A stretch of DNA of 64,000 nt, taken from IMG/VR virus record IMGVR_UViG_2917587430_000001, positions 25,228 through 89,227 of that record. The stretch is one strand, 5' to 3'. Source of the stretch: a virus. Below the pieces are notes generated by a model that was not told the DNA's origin, searched no databases, and saw nothing but the letters and a program-made list of their open reading frames with translations. This document shows, one piece after another, positions 1 through 9,260 of this stretch (position 1 is its first letter; every line of letters starts with the position of its first letter). The position numbers and the translations under genes are program-made.

Positions 1-525
1 GTAACGGGTTCTCAGTTAATTGAGAATACTGCCGCTGGTGGCCCGCTGAGCCTCATCAAACTAGATGAGGTCATTGATCAGGTTGACGGAGCAACGCACC
101 TGGCAATGAGCAAGTCTATGCGCCGATTGCTGACGGCTGCGGCTCGTGACCCACAGGTGAGTGGACACATCAATTACGAGCAAAATCAGTTTGGTCAAAA
201 AGTCATGTACTACCAGGGTTTGCGAATCCTAATTCTAGACTATGACAACACCGGCGCGGACATCATGCCTTGGAACGAGGCTAGCGGTGACAGCAGCGCT
301 CTAGATTGCAGCTCAATCTATTGCCTCAGCTTTGGCGAAATGATGGTTTCTGGCATTCAGGGCAAGGTCAACGGGCGCTACGGCATTCAAGTGAAGGACA
401 TGGGCGAACTGCAAGAGAAGCCCGCTTTCAGAACTCGCGTGGAGTGGGATAACGCGATCACCGTTAAGCACGGACGCTCTGTTGCCCGTTTGCGCGGTAT
501 CAAGAACGCTCCTGTTGTGGCGTAA
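1..525 (+). CDS. Major capsid protein, C-terminal part (ORF open from window edge)
   Basis: Frame open from base 1 (VTGSQLIENTAAGGPLSLIKLDEVIDQVD...). C-terminus GELQEKPAFRTRVEWDNAITVKHGRSVARLRGIKNA resembles a widespread phage major capsid family. Confidence 0.75.
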   Translation, partial: VTGSQLIENTAAGGPLSLIKLDEVIDQVDGATHLAMSKSMRRLLTAAARDPQVSGHINYEQNQFGQKVMYYQGLRILILDYDNTGADIMPWNEASGDSSALDCSSIYCLSFGEMMVSGIQGKVNGRYGIQVKDMGELQEKPAFRTRVEWDNAITVKHGRSVARLRGIKNAPVVA

Positions 526-611
526 GAGGTTTTGCCTCGTCCCACCTCGACTGACCTCTTCACACCTCTTTTGACCTCTTGAAAACTCGTTTAACGAGGA
601 GAACCTAACTC

Positions 612-1019
612 ATGTCCCGTTCAACTATTGCGAACCGTCGCTCGGCTCAGTTTGATAAGGAGCTGGAGCTGCGGGATTACTCCAAAGTCGCTCTGGCTGC
701 GTCTGCACCGGAGGCGGCGATCGCCTTCCCTGCTACGAAGCAAATGACTTATCGCTGCATTGTCAATGTAGGCAGCCACACAGGTTATGTCGCTGGCACT
801 GCTCAGTGGAATATTGCCGTTGAAGCGTCTGCCGATAACGTCAGCTTTAAACCTGTTGGCTCTGTCGCCACAACTGGGGCGATCGCCGGTCTTGAGATTG
901 CTTTATCTGGCTCGTCTGTTGAGAGTGTGGTTCCGAACGCTGCTTACATTCGCGTTACCGCCACCAAAGTAGGCGCACCTGGAAACCTAACTTATGGCGC
1001 ATTTTTAGCGCTGTCCTGA
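612..1019 (+). CDS. Putative capsid accessory/decoration protein (beta-rich)
   Basis: Directly follows the capsid gene; RBS GAGGAG upstream; Ala/Val/Gly-rich beta-strand pattern. Confidence 0.5.
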   Translation: MSRSTIANRRSAQFDKELELRDYSKVALAASAPEAAIAFPATKQMTYRCIVNVGSHTGYVAGTAQWNIAVEASADNVSFKPVGSVATTGAIAGLEIALSGSSVESVVPNAAYIRVTATKVGAPGNLTYGAFLALS

Positions 1020-1020
1020 C

Positions 1021-1314
1021 ATGAAACAGGCAGATCCATTTCGCATTTATCGCGGCGGCGAATCTCGCATGGTTCATGGGGTGGACTTCCCGGCTTGGGA
1101 AGCCCAGGGTTGGAGCCGTGAGCCTCAAGCAAGTGCAGAGGAATCTATCAATGCCCAGTCTGATGATGTGGCTCAAAATGCTGGCAAGGAAGTTGTTGAG
1201 ACAACTGCTGAAACAGCTAATCCGGTGGGGACTGAAGCAAGCGCTGAGGAAGACACTGAGGCACCTCAAACGCAACGTCGCACCCGCCGCACCTCCCCAA
1301 CCTCTAACCCCTAA
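1021..1314 (+). CDS. Hypothetical acidic phage protein
   Basis: Operon position, 1 bp after the previous stop. Confidence 0.55.
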   Translation: MKQADPFRIYRGGESRMVHGVDFPAWEAQGWSREPQASAEESINAQSDDVAQNAGKEVVETTAETANPVGTEASAEEDTEAPQTQRRTRRTSPTSNP

Positions 1315-1323
1315 CCTCCAAAA

Positions 1324-1959
1324 ATGATCCCTGCCAACCTCAACCTATTCATTCCGCAGGGCGCAGATTGCAGCCTGACTATCACTGTGCTTCAAGGAGA
1401 GCCAATGAAAGCTGCGACAGATGTCGCAGCAGATTCACTCTCAATTCCCCTTGTGAAACCTATAACGGCTGCTCTGCCCCTCGGAACTCGGTTGATGTTT
1501 GGGGAGGCGATCGCCGAGCTTTCTGCACCTGCACCAATCGGCACTAAAGCATTGCCTATTACTGGGCTGCTATTACCGATTTCCAGGAATGCGATCGGAC
1601 AAATCGTAGCTGATCTAACTGGCTGCTCTGCCCGTTCGCAAATCAAGCGGAAACCTGGTACTCCGGCGATCGCCATCTTTACTCCCTGGTTCGACCCAGA
1701 CCCGCTCACGGGGCTATTCAGCCTGTCTCTGACCAATCAACAAACCAGCGCCCTACCTGCCAACTTGCCTCCCGGCACATCGTTGACGGAAGAGGAGTTG
1801 CAGGAGCGCAGACCACAGCCCACAGACTATTTTTGGGACGTGGAATTGGTTTACCCCAATGCCAAAGTTGAACGCCCTATGAATGGGTTGGTGCTGGTTA
1901 GCGCTGAGGTGACAACGCCTCTGATACCCCCCGAACCGGAAGAGGCAATAGCTCCATGA
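1324..1959 (+). CDS. Putative virion structural protein (beta-sandwich-like)
   Basis: Motifs LFIPQGAD...ARSQIK...LSLTNQQT...YFWDVEL are typical of phage structural beta-sandwich proteins; operon context. Confidence 0.5.
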   Translation: MIPANLNLFIPQGADCSLTITVLQGEPMKAATDVAADSLSIPLVKPITAALPLGTRLMFGEAIAELSAPAPIGTKALPITGLLLPISRNAIGQIVADLTGCSARSQIKRKPGTPAIAIFTPWFDPDPLTGLFSLSLTNQQTSALPANLPPGTSLTEEELQERRPQPTDYFWDVELVYPNAKVERPMNGLVLVSAEVTTPLIPPEPEEAIAP

Positions 1960-2402
1960 CTTACTCAATTCGCCAAGCCACGACTGTAGTGGTGAAGCCT
2001 GTCACCGTGAATGCGGTGGTGAGTCAGCCGAGCCAAGTAACTGCGGTGAGGGTGAATGCAGGCTTGCCCGGTCGTTCTGGTTCGGGGGGTGGAAGCATCA
2101 AGATCCCATTTTCTTGGGGTGACGCTTCGCCAAAAGCGGTTTATGAGGTGGAAGGGAACGGCACCGTCTTCAGAGCTTCAATTGTGATTCAGACTCCATT
2201 TGACGGAGTTGGAGCATCGCTGAGATTGGGAGATGGCGAAGTGGGCGATCGCCTAATTCGAGCCGATCAAAACCTTCCGTCTCAAGCTGGAGAGTACGCC
2301 ACTAGCCCAGGCATCACTTATATGACATCAACCTTCATCCTGCTAGAAATCACGCCAGGAGAAGGCAATCAAGGTTCAGGATTTGTTCTTCTGGAGATTT
2401 AA
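1956..2402 (+). CDS. Hypothetical virion-associated protein
   Basis: ATGA overlap with the upstream gene; structural operon. Confidence 0.55.
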   Translation: MTYSIRQATTVVVKPVTVNAVVSQPSQVTAVRVNAGLPGRSGSGGGSIKIPFSWGDASPKAVYEVEGNGTVFRASIVIQTPFDGVGASLRLGDGEVGDRLIRADQNLPSQAGEYATSPGITYMTSTFILLEITPGEGNQGSGFVLLEI

Positions 2403-2404
2403 CA

Positions 2405-3106
2405 ATGGGAATTTGGCAAGACTTTGTAGGAACAACAGAAGCCTTATTCAGAGTTGGTCTGACAGGTTTCTCGCTCAAAAACAACGGTGGCAACGTCGTT
2501 GTCCGCAACTCAGGCGACACAGCCGATGCAGAACTGACAGCTTCTCAGGTCAAAGTGAGTGGCGACAGCATTGTAATCAACAGTGACGCAGCTAATGCTG
2601 GCAACGATCGGAGCCTCACCTTGCAACGGGCAACTTCAGGTATGACGGGAGCCTTAACAGTCATCCTTCCAGCACTGACAGGAGCTGACGGACAGGTGTT
2701 GGCTAAGAAGGCCGGCTCGCCTGCTGGAGTGCTTGAGCTTGAACTCATCTCAGCAGCTAACACGGCTTTGAACACTGCCAATGACACGACAGCTTTGGCG
2801 TTTGGTTCTGCTGCAACCGTGCCTATGTTCACGTTGCCAGCGAACGCAATTATTCAAAGCGTCGAAACGGTTGTAGACGTGACGTTCAACGGCACCCCTT
2901 CAATCAGCGTTGGCATCAGCGGCAACGCTAGCAAGTATGTTGCTTCGACTCAAGTTGATCTCAAGGCAGCTGCAAGAACATCGTTTGTGGTTCACCCCGC
3001 CATTGCTCCAAGCGCTAACCCTGAGAACCTTGAGATTGCCTACTCAGCCGGGGGAGCAACCGCTGGAGCGGCACGGGTGATTGTCGCTTACACAATCCCA
3101 GCCTAG
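2405..3106 (+). CDS. Putative virion/fibre protein
   Basis: Ala/Thr/Gly/Ser-rich; N-terminus resembles that of the next ORF. Confidence 0.55.
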   Translation: MGIWQDFVGTTEALFRVGLTGFSLKNNGGNVVVRNSGDTADAELTASQVKVSGDSIVINSDAANAGNDRSLTLQRATSGMTGALTVILPALTGADGQVLAKKAGSPAGVLELELISAANTALNTANDTTALAFGSAATVPMFTLPANAIIQSVETVVDVTFNGTPSISVGISGNASKYVASTQVDLKAAARTSFVVHPAIAPSANPENLEIAYSAGGATAGAARVIVAYTIPA

Positions 3107-3120
3107 TGAGCGTGTAACTC

Positions 3121-4284
3121 ATGTTCTTTACCGACCTGATAGGGATCTTTGCCAATAGCCTACAGCTAGGCTTTGGTGGGGCAAGAGTTAAGAGCAACGG
3201 TGGCGCGATCGAGGCTCGGAATGCTGCTGACTCTGCCCTAGCTCCAGTTGTCGCTGACTCCTACAGGTATCTGCCGATCGTTCAACCTGCGACTCCCGCC
3301 AGTGGCATCGTTGAGTTTGCTGAACTGTCTAACGGCTTGCTGCGACTCAAAACCATTGACTCTACTGGCTTCATCACCGTTGACGGTCGGGACGTTACAT
3401 TAATTGTTCGCAACACAACCGCTGCAACTATCAACAAGGGTCAACCTGTCTATAGAACGGGTGCAAGCGGGGGAGTCCCAACGGTTGGGCTAGCACAAGC
3501 AAATGCCTTGACGACCGCTCCAGCATTAGGACTGGCGGCTGAGACGATCGCTGCCAATGGGTTTGGGCGGATCATGATTCTGGGATTGCTGGAAGGGGTC
3601 AACACTTTGGGCATGACCGAGGGAGGCACCGCTTACCTCAGTTCAACAACAGCGGGAGCCTTGACCACGACCAAGCCGAGTTTTCCAACCCTGCAACAAC
3701 GCTTAGGCTCGGTGGTAACAGTCAGTAATGGCATGGGTCGAGTCCAGGTCAGAATCCAAGGACTCGACAATGAGGAAGAGGGTTCGATCAACCCGTCCTG
3801 GCATATTGGCAATAACACCGCAGGTGTCAAATCTCTGCAATATCACAACGGCTTCACGCAGTCGCTCAACGCAAACCCGACTGCGAACCGGACAAATACC
3901 CTGCCCAACAAGGACGGAACACTCGCAACGTTGTCGGACGCGATCGCCCCTATCACCTCCAGCGATTTTTTGACCTGGCACGAGGGGCACGTTACAGCGG
4001 TTGCGCCCACAACATATCGAACTATTTTCTCGCTGACGGGAGCCGTCGATCTAGTTGGAGGTGCAATCTACAGTGCTGCACCTGGCTTCCGTCTGACAAT
4101 CGACGGAAGCCAGGTAATCAACCGTACTGTCATTTCCGCTGGAAGAGTTGGGACATCGGGCATGGGGGAACCTTTTGGAGTCATAGCTATCCCTCCTGCA
4201 AGAGCAGCATTCACAATGATTTTGGAACTTTATAACACCTCTGGGGCGATCCGCGACTTCGGTTGGAAGGTAGTGACACGATGA
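3121..4284 (+). CDS. Putative tail-fibre/virion appendage protein
   Basis: Central segment PVYRTG...ALGLAAETIAANGFGRIMILG...AYLSSTTAGALTTTKP is typical of phage fibre/cement-like domains. Confidence 0.55.
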   Translation: MFFTDLIGIFANSLQLGFGGARVKSNGGAIEARNAADSALAPVVADSYRYLPIVQPATPASGIVEFAELSNGLLRLKTIDSTGFITVDGRDVTLIVRNTTAATINKGQPVYRTGASGGVPTVGLAQANALTTAPALGLAAETIAANGFGRIMILGLLEGVNTLGMTEGGTAYLSSTTAGALTTTKPSFPTLQQRLGSVVTVSNGMGRVQVRIQGLDNEEEGSINPSWHIGNNTAGVKSLQYHNGFTQSLNANPTANRTNTLPNKDGTLATLSDAIAPITSSDFLTWHEGHVTAVAPTTYRTIFSLTGAVDLVGGAIYSAAPGFRLTIDGSQVINRTVISAGRVGTSGMGEPFGVIAIPPARAAFTMILELYNTSGAIRDFGWKVVTR

Positions 4285-4745
4285 GTTATCACATTGTTCG
4301 AGTCCTGAATGGGCAAGTGATTGGCACCCTTTCTCCTGTCAGCGACCCTGAAGCCTACCAGTGGGATGAAAGTGAGGTAGTTGAAGTTTTTGACAATCAG
4401 GAAGCGTTTGATGTTCGGCTAGAGCAACTACGGCAAGCCGCAGAGCCAAAGCCTGAAGACTTGCCGAGGTGGGATGACTTCCAAAATCTCATGTTGATGA
4501 ACAGCAACTATCTAAGGATTGTTGGAGCCAGCTCAGCTACGCTTGTCTACAACTCCACACTGATTTGGATTTTAGGGGAGATCGGGAAGCATCCCGAACG
4601 ACTCCCACACTTGATAAACGTGTGGAACGCGATCGCTTACATCGCACGGCCGACCCCTGAAGAAATCGAATCGCTCAACAAGGTTTGTGTGGCGACAAAC
4701 ATGCGGTTCTGGTTGAACGAGCGCGGCTTTATGGTTGCCGTTTAG
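4281..4745 (+). CDS. Hypothetical protein, last gene of the virion operon
   Basis: ATG at 4281 overlaps the upstream stop (ATGA). Confidence 0.55.
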   Translation: MSYHIVRVLNGQVIGTLSPVSDPEAYQWDESEVVEVFDNQEAFDVRLEQLRQAAEPKPEDLPRWDDFQNLMLMNSNYLRIVGASSATLVYNSTLIWILGEIGKHPERLPHLINVWNAIAYIARPTPEEIESLNKVCVATNMRFWLNERGFMVAV

Positions 4746-6864
4746 CCTGCAACTGACGTTCAATTTTGTCGATCTTCCGCTCTAGGGCGTTTACCTTACG
4801 GCGACGTTCTAGCCGCTCCTGCCACTCCTGATATTGAGGGTCAGCTTCAGTGCCCAAATGCAAGCGCTTAACGGGTTTGCCATCCTTCTCAAAGATGGCT
4901 TTCTCAGCCCTGATGCGCTTGTAGATAAATGGTTTTTTCTCACCTGAAGCCAGTTTTTTGTAGGTGGTGTAGTTTTCCATCCAACAGCCCGTGGGAGCGA
5001 TCGCCCCTTCCCGCCGAACCTTATCCAACTCGGCTAGCAGATCCCGGCGCTGGTTCTCAAGTTTGGGATCAGAATTTTTTACTTTTGAATACCCCTCTTC
5101 TAGTGACTTTCTAAACTTGTCATTTTCAACCTTTAAGGCAAATAGAGATTCAGTTGTAGCCCTTGCGTGGAGCCGGAGCGAGCTTCGAGGATAGGCAAAG
5201 TGTAGCCCATCATAAACAATCTCAACTTCAAAAGTTGGGAGTATGCGCGAGACGATGACAACCTTTTCATACAGGTCATCATCTGCCACAACTTGAACCC
5301 AGTCCCCAGGCTCTAATGTGACTGTTAAAGACTCATCTTGAAATGGCTTGATGGGTTGAATGTAGGGATCTGGTTCGGGGGGTATCGTTTCTTCCTCAAA
5401 GGGTTCTCTGAGAGAAAGATAGCGAGCAAGGCTACAGCGAGGGGCTGGTTCGTGAATTAGTTTAATGCGGTCTGGGTGAACGCAATCCCAAGCTTTTACT
5501 CCATTTGAGATCTCTCGGTCAAAGTGGATGTGTTCAATTGGGATGCCCTCACGGTCATAACGGTTGCGCTCTCGCACAACGCCTTGAACAGTAATCCAAC
5601 AACTGAGCCCTTCAGCATCAAAACCTATAATCTCTGCCTCAATTGAGTCACCCGCTTTCAGTTCGGGGGGTATGGGTGCCACATATAGGGAATCACTCTG
5701 CTGGTCATCACCAGCCGCCGAGCTTGCAGCCGGTAGAGGTACTTTCTCGCCATCCCCTGCGAGATTTGGAGTTTCTCGGCGATCGCCTTCGTCGTCAGTC
5801 CTGGGTTGCTCTGAACCAATTTGAGAATGTTTGCGCCCGGAGGTGTTGTCTCTACGGGTTGTCGCTTGTGTCGTGGAACTCCCATTAGCCTGTATGCATG
5901 TGTGCTTGTCTACAACCTTAAGTAGCGCAGTAGCACCCCAATTGCCCTCAGCCACATCGCCGTCAAATGTGACTAGCACAGGAGTTTTGCGGTCTTTTCT
6001 GAAGCCTGTAACTCTGCCGTATCGGCTGCCAGGTCGGTGCGCCGGGGTGATGCGATCGCCTACTGCCAACTCCTCAACAGATACGGGAACGAACTGCAAA
6101 TCGGATTCAGGCTGGGGCTTTCGCTGGCTCAGCCAAAGCACTTTTCCCAGCCTTGCCTGCTGGTAGGTGCCCAGTTTTTCAAGCTCGATTCTGATCGTCT
6201 CTGAGATAGCGATCGCCTGCTCCTGCAACTGCTGAAGCCGTTGCCACGCCGCGTCGTCGGGGCAACAGAACTTTCCTTGCTGGCTGGTAGGCTGCTCATA
6301 GGTGCCCTGCTGAAGCCGCATCATCACAGCAGAGTGTTTGACGATGGGGTAGCGCTCGACCCTAGAGACACCCCACCAGCCCAGATAGTTCGGGACACCC
6401 CACGAGGGTGAATCCGGGTCTTCAGCCAGAATTACCGTCGGCGTGAGTGGGTTAGGAGCCTTCTTCAGTCCGCCCGCTTCTTTCAGCCGGGTTGAGTAGG
6501 CTCCGAGGCTGCGGAGATGTTTGGCGATCGCCTCCAGTGCTGCCTGAAACTCACCGTGCAACCGCACCGCCGTTGCCCATGACTGCTCCTCGGGCAGGCA
6601 GTAGACGAAACTGTGATCAGCGTTGAATTCTGGCTTGTTGTATGTGACTCGCTTGGGGTACATATCAACAGACACCCCCCGAACCAAGCGCACTGATTGC
6701 GGCGTGGCATAGCCGACAGGAAGACGTTCTATCACTGGAGCTTGGTAGGGGTCGAGGCGATCGCCAATCACCAGGCAGTGAGAGACAACTGGCTTAACCT
6801 TTCCTGGCTTGATGGGTAGGGCAAGCTGGTCGCCTTCGTAAGGAATTACTCTGCACGTCACCAT
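4729..6864 (-). CDS. Large mosaic hypothetical protein with KOW/SH3-like modules and a basic C-terminal domain
   Basis: Long ORF; likely start 6864 after GGAGGAG; KOW-like segments LAVGDRI... and LEPGDWVQV... Confidence 0.65.
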   Translation of the reverse strand: MVTCRVIPYEGDQLALPIKPGKVKPVVSHCLVIGDRLDPYQAPVIERLPVGYATPQSVRLVRGVSVDMYPKRVTYNKPEFNADHSFVYCLPEEQSWATAVRLHGEFQAALEAIAKHLRSLGAYSTRLKEAGGLKKAPNPLTPTVILAEDPDSPSWGVPNYLGWWGVSRVERYPIVKHSAVMMRLQQGTYEQPTSQQGKFCCPDDAAWQRLQQLQEQAIAISETIRIELEKLGTYQQARLGKVLWLSQRKPQPESDLQFVPVSVEELAVGDRITPAHRPGSRYGRVTGFRKDRKTPVLVTFDGDVAEGNWGATALLKVVDKHTCIQANGSSTTQATTRRDNTSGRKHSQIGSEQPRTDDEGDRRETPNLAGDGEKVPLPAASSAAGDDQQSDSLYVAPIPPELKAGDSIEAEIIGFDAEGLSCWITVQGVVRERNRYDREGIPIEHIHFDREISNGVKAWDCVHPDRIKLIHEPAPRCSLARYLSLREPFEEETIPPEPDPYIQPIKPFQDESLTVTLEPGDWVQVVADDDLYEKVVIVSRILPTFEVEIVYDGLHFAYPRSSLRLHARATTESLFALKVENDKFRKSLEEGYSKVKNSDPKLENQRRDLLAELDKVRREGAIAPTGCWMENYTTYKKLASGEKKPFIYKRIRAEKAIFEKDGKPVKRLHLGTEADPQYQEWQERLERRRKVNALERKIDKIERQLQAKRQP
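5658..5885 (-). CDS. Winged-HTH protein nested in an alternative frame
   Basis: ILKLVQSNPGLTTKAIAEKLQISQGMARKYLYRLQARRLV fits the wHTH pattern. Confidence 0.45.
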   Translation of the reverse strand: MGVPRHKRQPVETTPPGANILKLVQSNPGLTTKAIAEKLQISQGMARKYLYRLQARRLVMTSRVIPYMWHPYPPN

Positions 6865-6868
6865 AAAA

Positions 6869-7513
6869 TCACTCCTCCTTTGCCCGTCGCATGGTGAGGC
6901 TGATGCGTCCGGGAGACTGCATTTCAAGATCTGCGGGGCAGGTGTTTGGCAAGATTTCAGTGATGCCGTGATATGCCAACCGTGAATGACCACTCATCAC
7001 TAACAAGTCACCAGACCGCAGCTCAATGTCTTTGTAGGGCGGGTCACGGTGGGCCACATTGCCCAAGCGAAACATGCCACTGTCGCCCAGGCTGACGGTG
7101 ACAATCGGGCTACCTGCGTCGATTAGCGGCTGATCTTCGCTCTTGTCTTGATGTAGCCCCAAACTAGAGCCGAGAGGAAACATATTGACAATGCCCGTGT
7201 CAGGCGTGAACGGCAGGTATCGTTGCAGATTGGTGTCGATTAGCGCCTGCACCGCCATGAGGATAAACTCGCCAGGAACAGGCACTCGCGCTTCGTAGTA
7301 CTCGTAGGGTCGCCATTGAAGCCCGATGCAGGCGATCGGGTGCTTCATGGGCGTTCCGTTGAGCATCTTGGGTGTGTACCACCCTTTTCTGGTGCAGTGC
7401 CTCAGCAGAGTCAGCACGGCGTTTTGCTGGTCGATTGGCAGCCAATCTGGGACGTGCCACACGCCGGGAGCTATCTGCTCCTGTGAGCGGGGAATCAGGT
7501 CAAGCTGATTCAT
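6869..7513 (-). CDS. alkB: AlkB-family 2OG-Fe(II) dioxygenase
   Basis: HxD (LGLHQD), distal H (YHGI), terminal R (RISLTMR), PIVTVSLG and LRSGDLLVMSG motifs. Confidence 0.9.
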   Translation of the reverse strand: MNQLDLIPRSQEQIAPGVWHVPDWLPIDQQNAVLTLLRHCTRKGWYTPKMLNGTPMKHPIACIGLQWRPYEYYEARVPVPGEFILMAVQALIDTNLQRYLPFTPDTGIVNMFPLGSSLGLHQDKSEDQPLIDAGSPIVTVSLGDSGMFRLGNVAHRDPPYKDIELRSGDLLVMSGHSRLAYHGITEILPNTCPADLEMQSPGRISLTMRRAKEE

Positions 7514-8153
7514 GGCGATCGCCCCCTTCAAACAATTCTTCTAATTGCCGTCGCTGACGAAAACCTTGAAATTCAGCAATCATCGGATAGGCTTCTTCTA
7601 CACTGATGCCGATTCGCTCCATCAGAAACCAGCGGAAATAGGCATCGCTCTCGGCCGCTTCAGCGGTTTCAATCAACCCAATGGCGTGATTGAGTGCCTG
7701 TACTGTTTCCCACTGGCACTTTTCGCCATACCAAAACACGTTGATTAAAGCCTTGCGGGTTTTCAGTCCAAAAATGACTTCAATCCCTTCGATTAGGGGC
7801 GATCGCCCTTCTTTAAGAAACTCGCGCAAGTGAGCAGATGTCACGAGCGCTTCATTTTCTGCCTGCGCTAAGTGCTGCGAATAGCTAATACCAAAGCCTT
7901 TTGGCGGTTGCTGCTGAGCCGAAGATCTGTACATTTGAACAAATCCTTTGACAATTGCAGCTTCTCCTTCGGCATAACCGATAGCCTGAAATATTGCTTG
8001 CGCTCTAGCTCTAGCCTCAGTCAAAGAGAGCAGCCCATTTTGCTGATTAAGCTGCCAGTAGATTGCCGGTTGGTAATTGTCAGCCCTAAACCAAGCATTG
8101 GTGAATATGATATTCGGCTCAATGTCCGGCATCAGTGGAAGTGAGTCAGTCAT
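7500..8153 (-). CDS. Hypothetical phage protein
   Basis: Overlapping early-operon gene. Confidence 0.6.
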   Translation of the reverse strand: MTDSLPLMPDIEPNIIFTNAWFRADNYQPAIYWQLNQQNGLLSLTEARARAQAIFQAIGYAEGEAAIVKGFVQMYRSSAQQQPPKGFGISYSQHLAQAENEALVTSAHLREFLKEGRSPLIEGIEVIFGLKTRKALINVFWYGEKCQWETVQALNHAIGLIETAEAAESDAYFRWFLMERIGISVEEAYPMIAEFQGFRQRRQLEELFEGGDRHESA

Positions 8154-8422
8154 TGGCGATCGCCCCCTCTCACCAAAATCTCAGGGATTTCTGCCCAGCC
8201 AAGTATTTCAAAATCTCCGTCTAACTCAGTAAAGCAATCGCCACACCAGTTCCAACCCACAAGTTGCCACTTGTCGTCACCTGTATTCGCAAGATTGTTG
8301 AATCCAATCGTTGTGAAAATTTCTTCATCTTCCAGGCGATGCTCGCAGTCCTCGGTAACTTTGACTCGCAGGAGCAGGAGACTGCCATCTTTAGGGGCAT
8401 TGTGCGGATATTCCTTAACCAT
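8150..8422 (-). CDS. Hypothetical phage protein
   Basis: Overlapping operon; W-rich motif WQLVGWNW...LGWAEIP. Confidence 0.55.
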   Translation of the reverse strand: MVKEYPHNAPKDGSLLLLRVKVTEDCEHRLEDEEIFTTIGFNNLANTGDDKWQLVGWNWCGDCFTELDGDFEILGWAEIPEILVRGGDRQ

Positions 8423-8693
8423 TACGATCGCCTCCCTCTACATCTTTAGGGCGTATTTTGCTGGCTACTTCTAACGCATCTTGAAGAGATCGGGGCTGAG
8501 CTTCAAGAACCGCTGCAAGCTGCCTTCCTGCCATAGCTGCAAAACCTGCTTGCTCATCCGTTTGCCCATAAGTGACAATGTTGAGATTGTGTCCTTGCTC
8601 ATCTGGTTTGGGGAACCGAGCTATCAAAACCAATTCACCTGCCCCGTACTCTTCAGCAATTCTTTTTAGTGCTTCAACAGGTATTTTCTTCAC
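8415..8693 (-). CDS. Hypothetical phage protein
   Basis: Overlapping operon gene. Confidence 0.55.
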   Translation of the reverse strand: MKKIPVEALKRIAEEYGAGELVLIARFPKPDEQGHNLNIVTYGQTDEQAGFAAMAGRQLAAVLEAQPRSLQDALEVASKIRPKDVEGGDRNG

Positions 8694-8983
8694 TGGCGAT
8701 CGCCTCCACCTTTACTCACTCGCTGTCTTTGCCAACTTAAGAACAAGTCCATGACTTCCTGAGCTTCCTCGGCTGAACAATGTACGGCTGCAACAATGCC
8801 ATCGCAGCCAGGGCGAATCTCTAAATGACCTTGCCTGACCTCACCCGGCTTAAGCCCTAACCCGTTACCAGGCGGAAACATGGGGATGAGCAGCGGCATT
8901 CCAGCTTCACTTGCTGCCTTGTGCAACACCTCAGCGGAGGTTGCTATAGGGTTGTTGCCCTGTTTTCCAAAACCTTTACTCAT
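8690..8983 (-). CDS. Hypothetical phage protein
   Basis: Likely start 8983, overlapping the upstream stop. Confidence 0.5.
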   Translation of the reverse strand: MSKGFGKQGNNPIATSAEVLHKAASEAGMPLLIPMFPPGNGLGLKPGEVRQGHLEIRPGCDGIVAAVHCSAEEAQEVMDLFLSWQRQRVSKGGGDRQ

Positions 8984-9260
8984 TAGCGATCGCCTCATTA
9001 ATACTTGTCTGCTCCGCTTCCAATGCCTGGGTGTAGGCATCTAGAAGGGCAAGTGCCGCTTCAACATCCGAGCTCATGAAAGGCTCTACATCATCTGCCC
9101 GATACAACATTGCAGTCCACACAGGAGAACCATCTGCACTGTGGCGACTCAACTCCAGAATCAAAACCCAGTCAGGTCTAGCAGCGATCGCCTCCTGAAG
9201 ACACCACTGGAGATGCTCATACTTTTCCAGTTCTGCCCATTCGTTAAAAATCTCCAGCAT
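8976..9260 (-). CDS. Hypothetical phage protein
   Basis: Likely start 9260 after GGAGG. Confidence 0.5.
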   Translation of the reverse strand: MLEIFNEWAELEKYEHLQWCLQEAIAARPDWVLILELSRHSADGSPVWTAMLYRADDVEPFMSSDVEAALALLDAYTQALEAEQTSINEAIANE

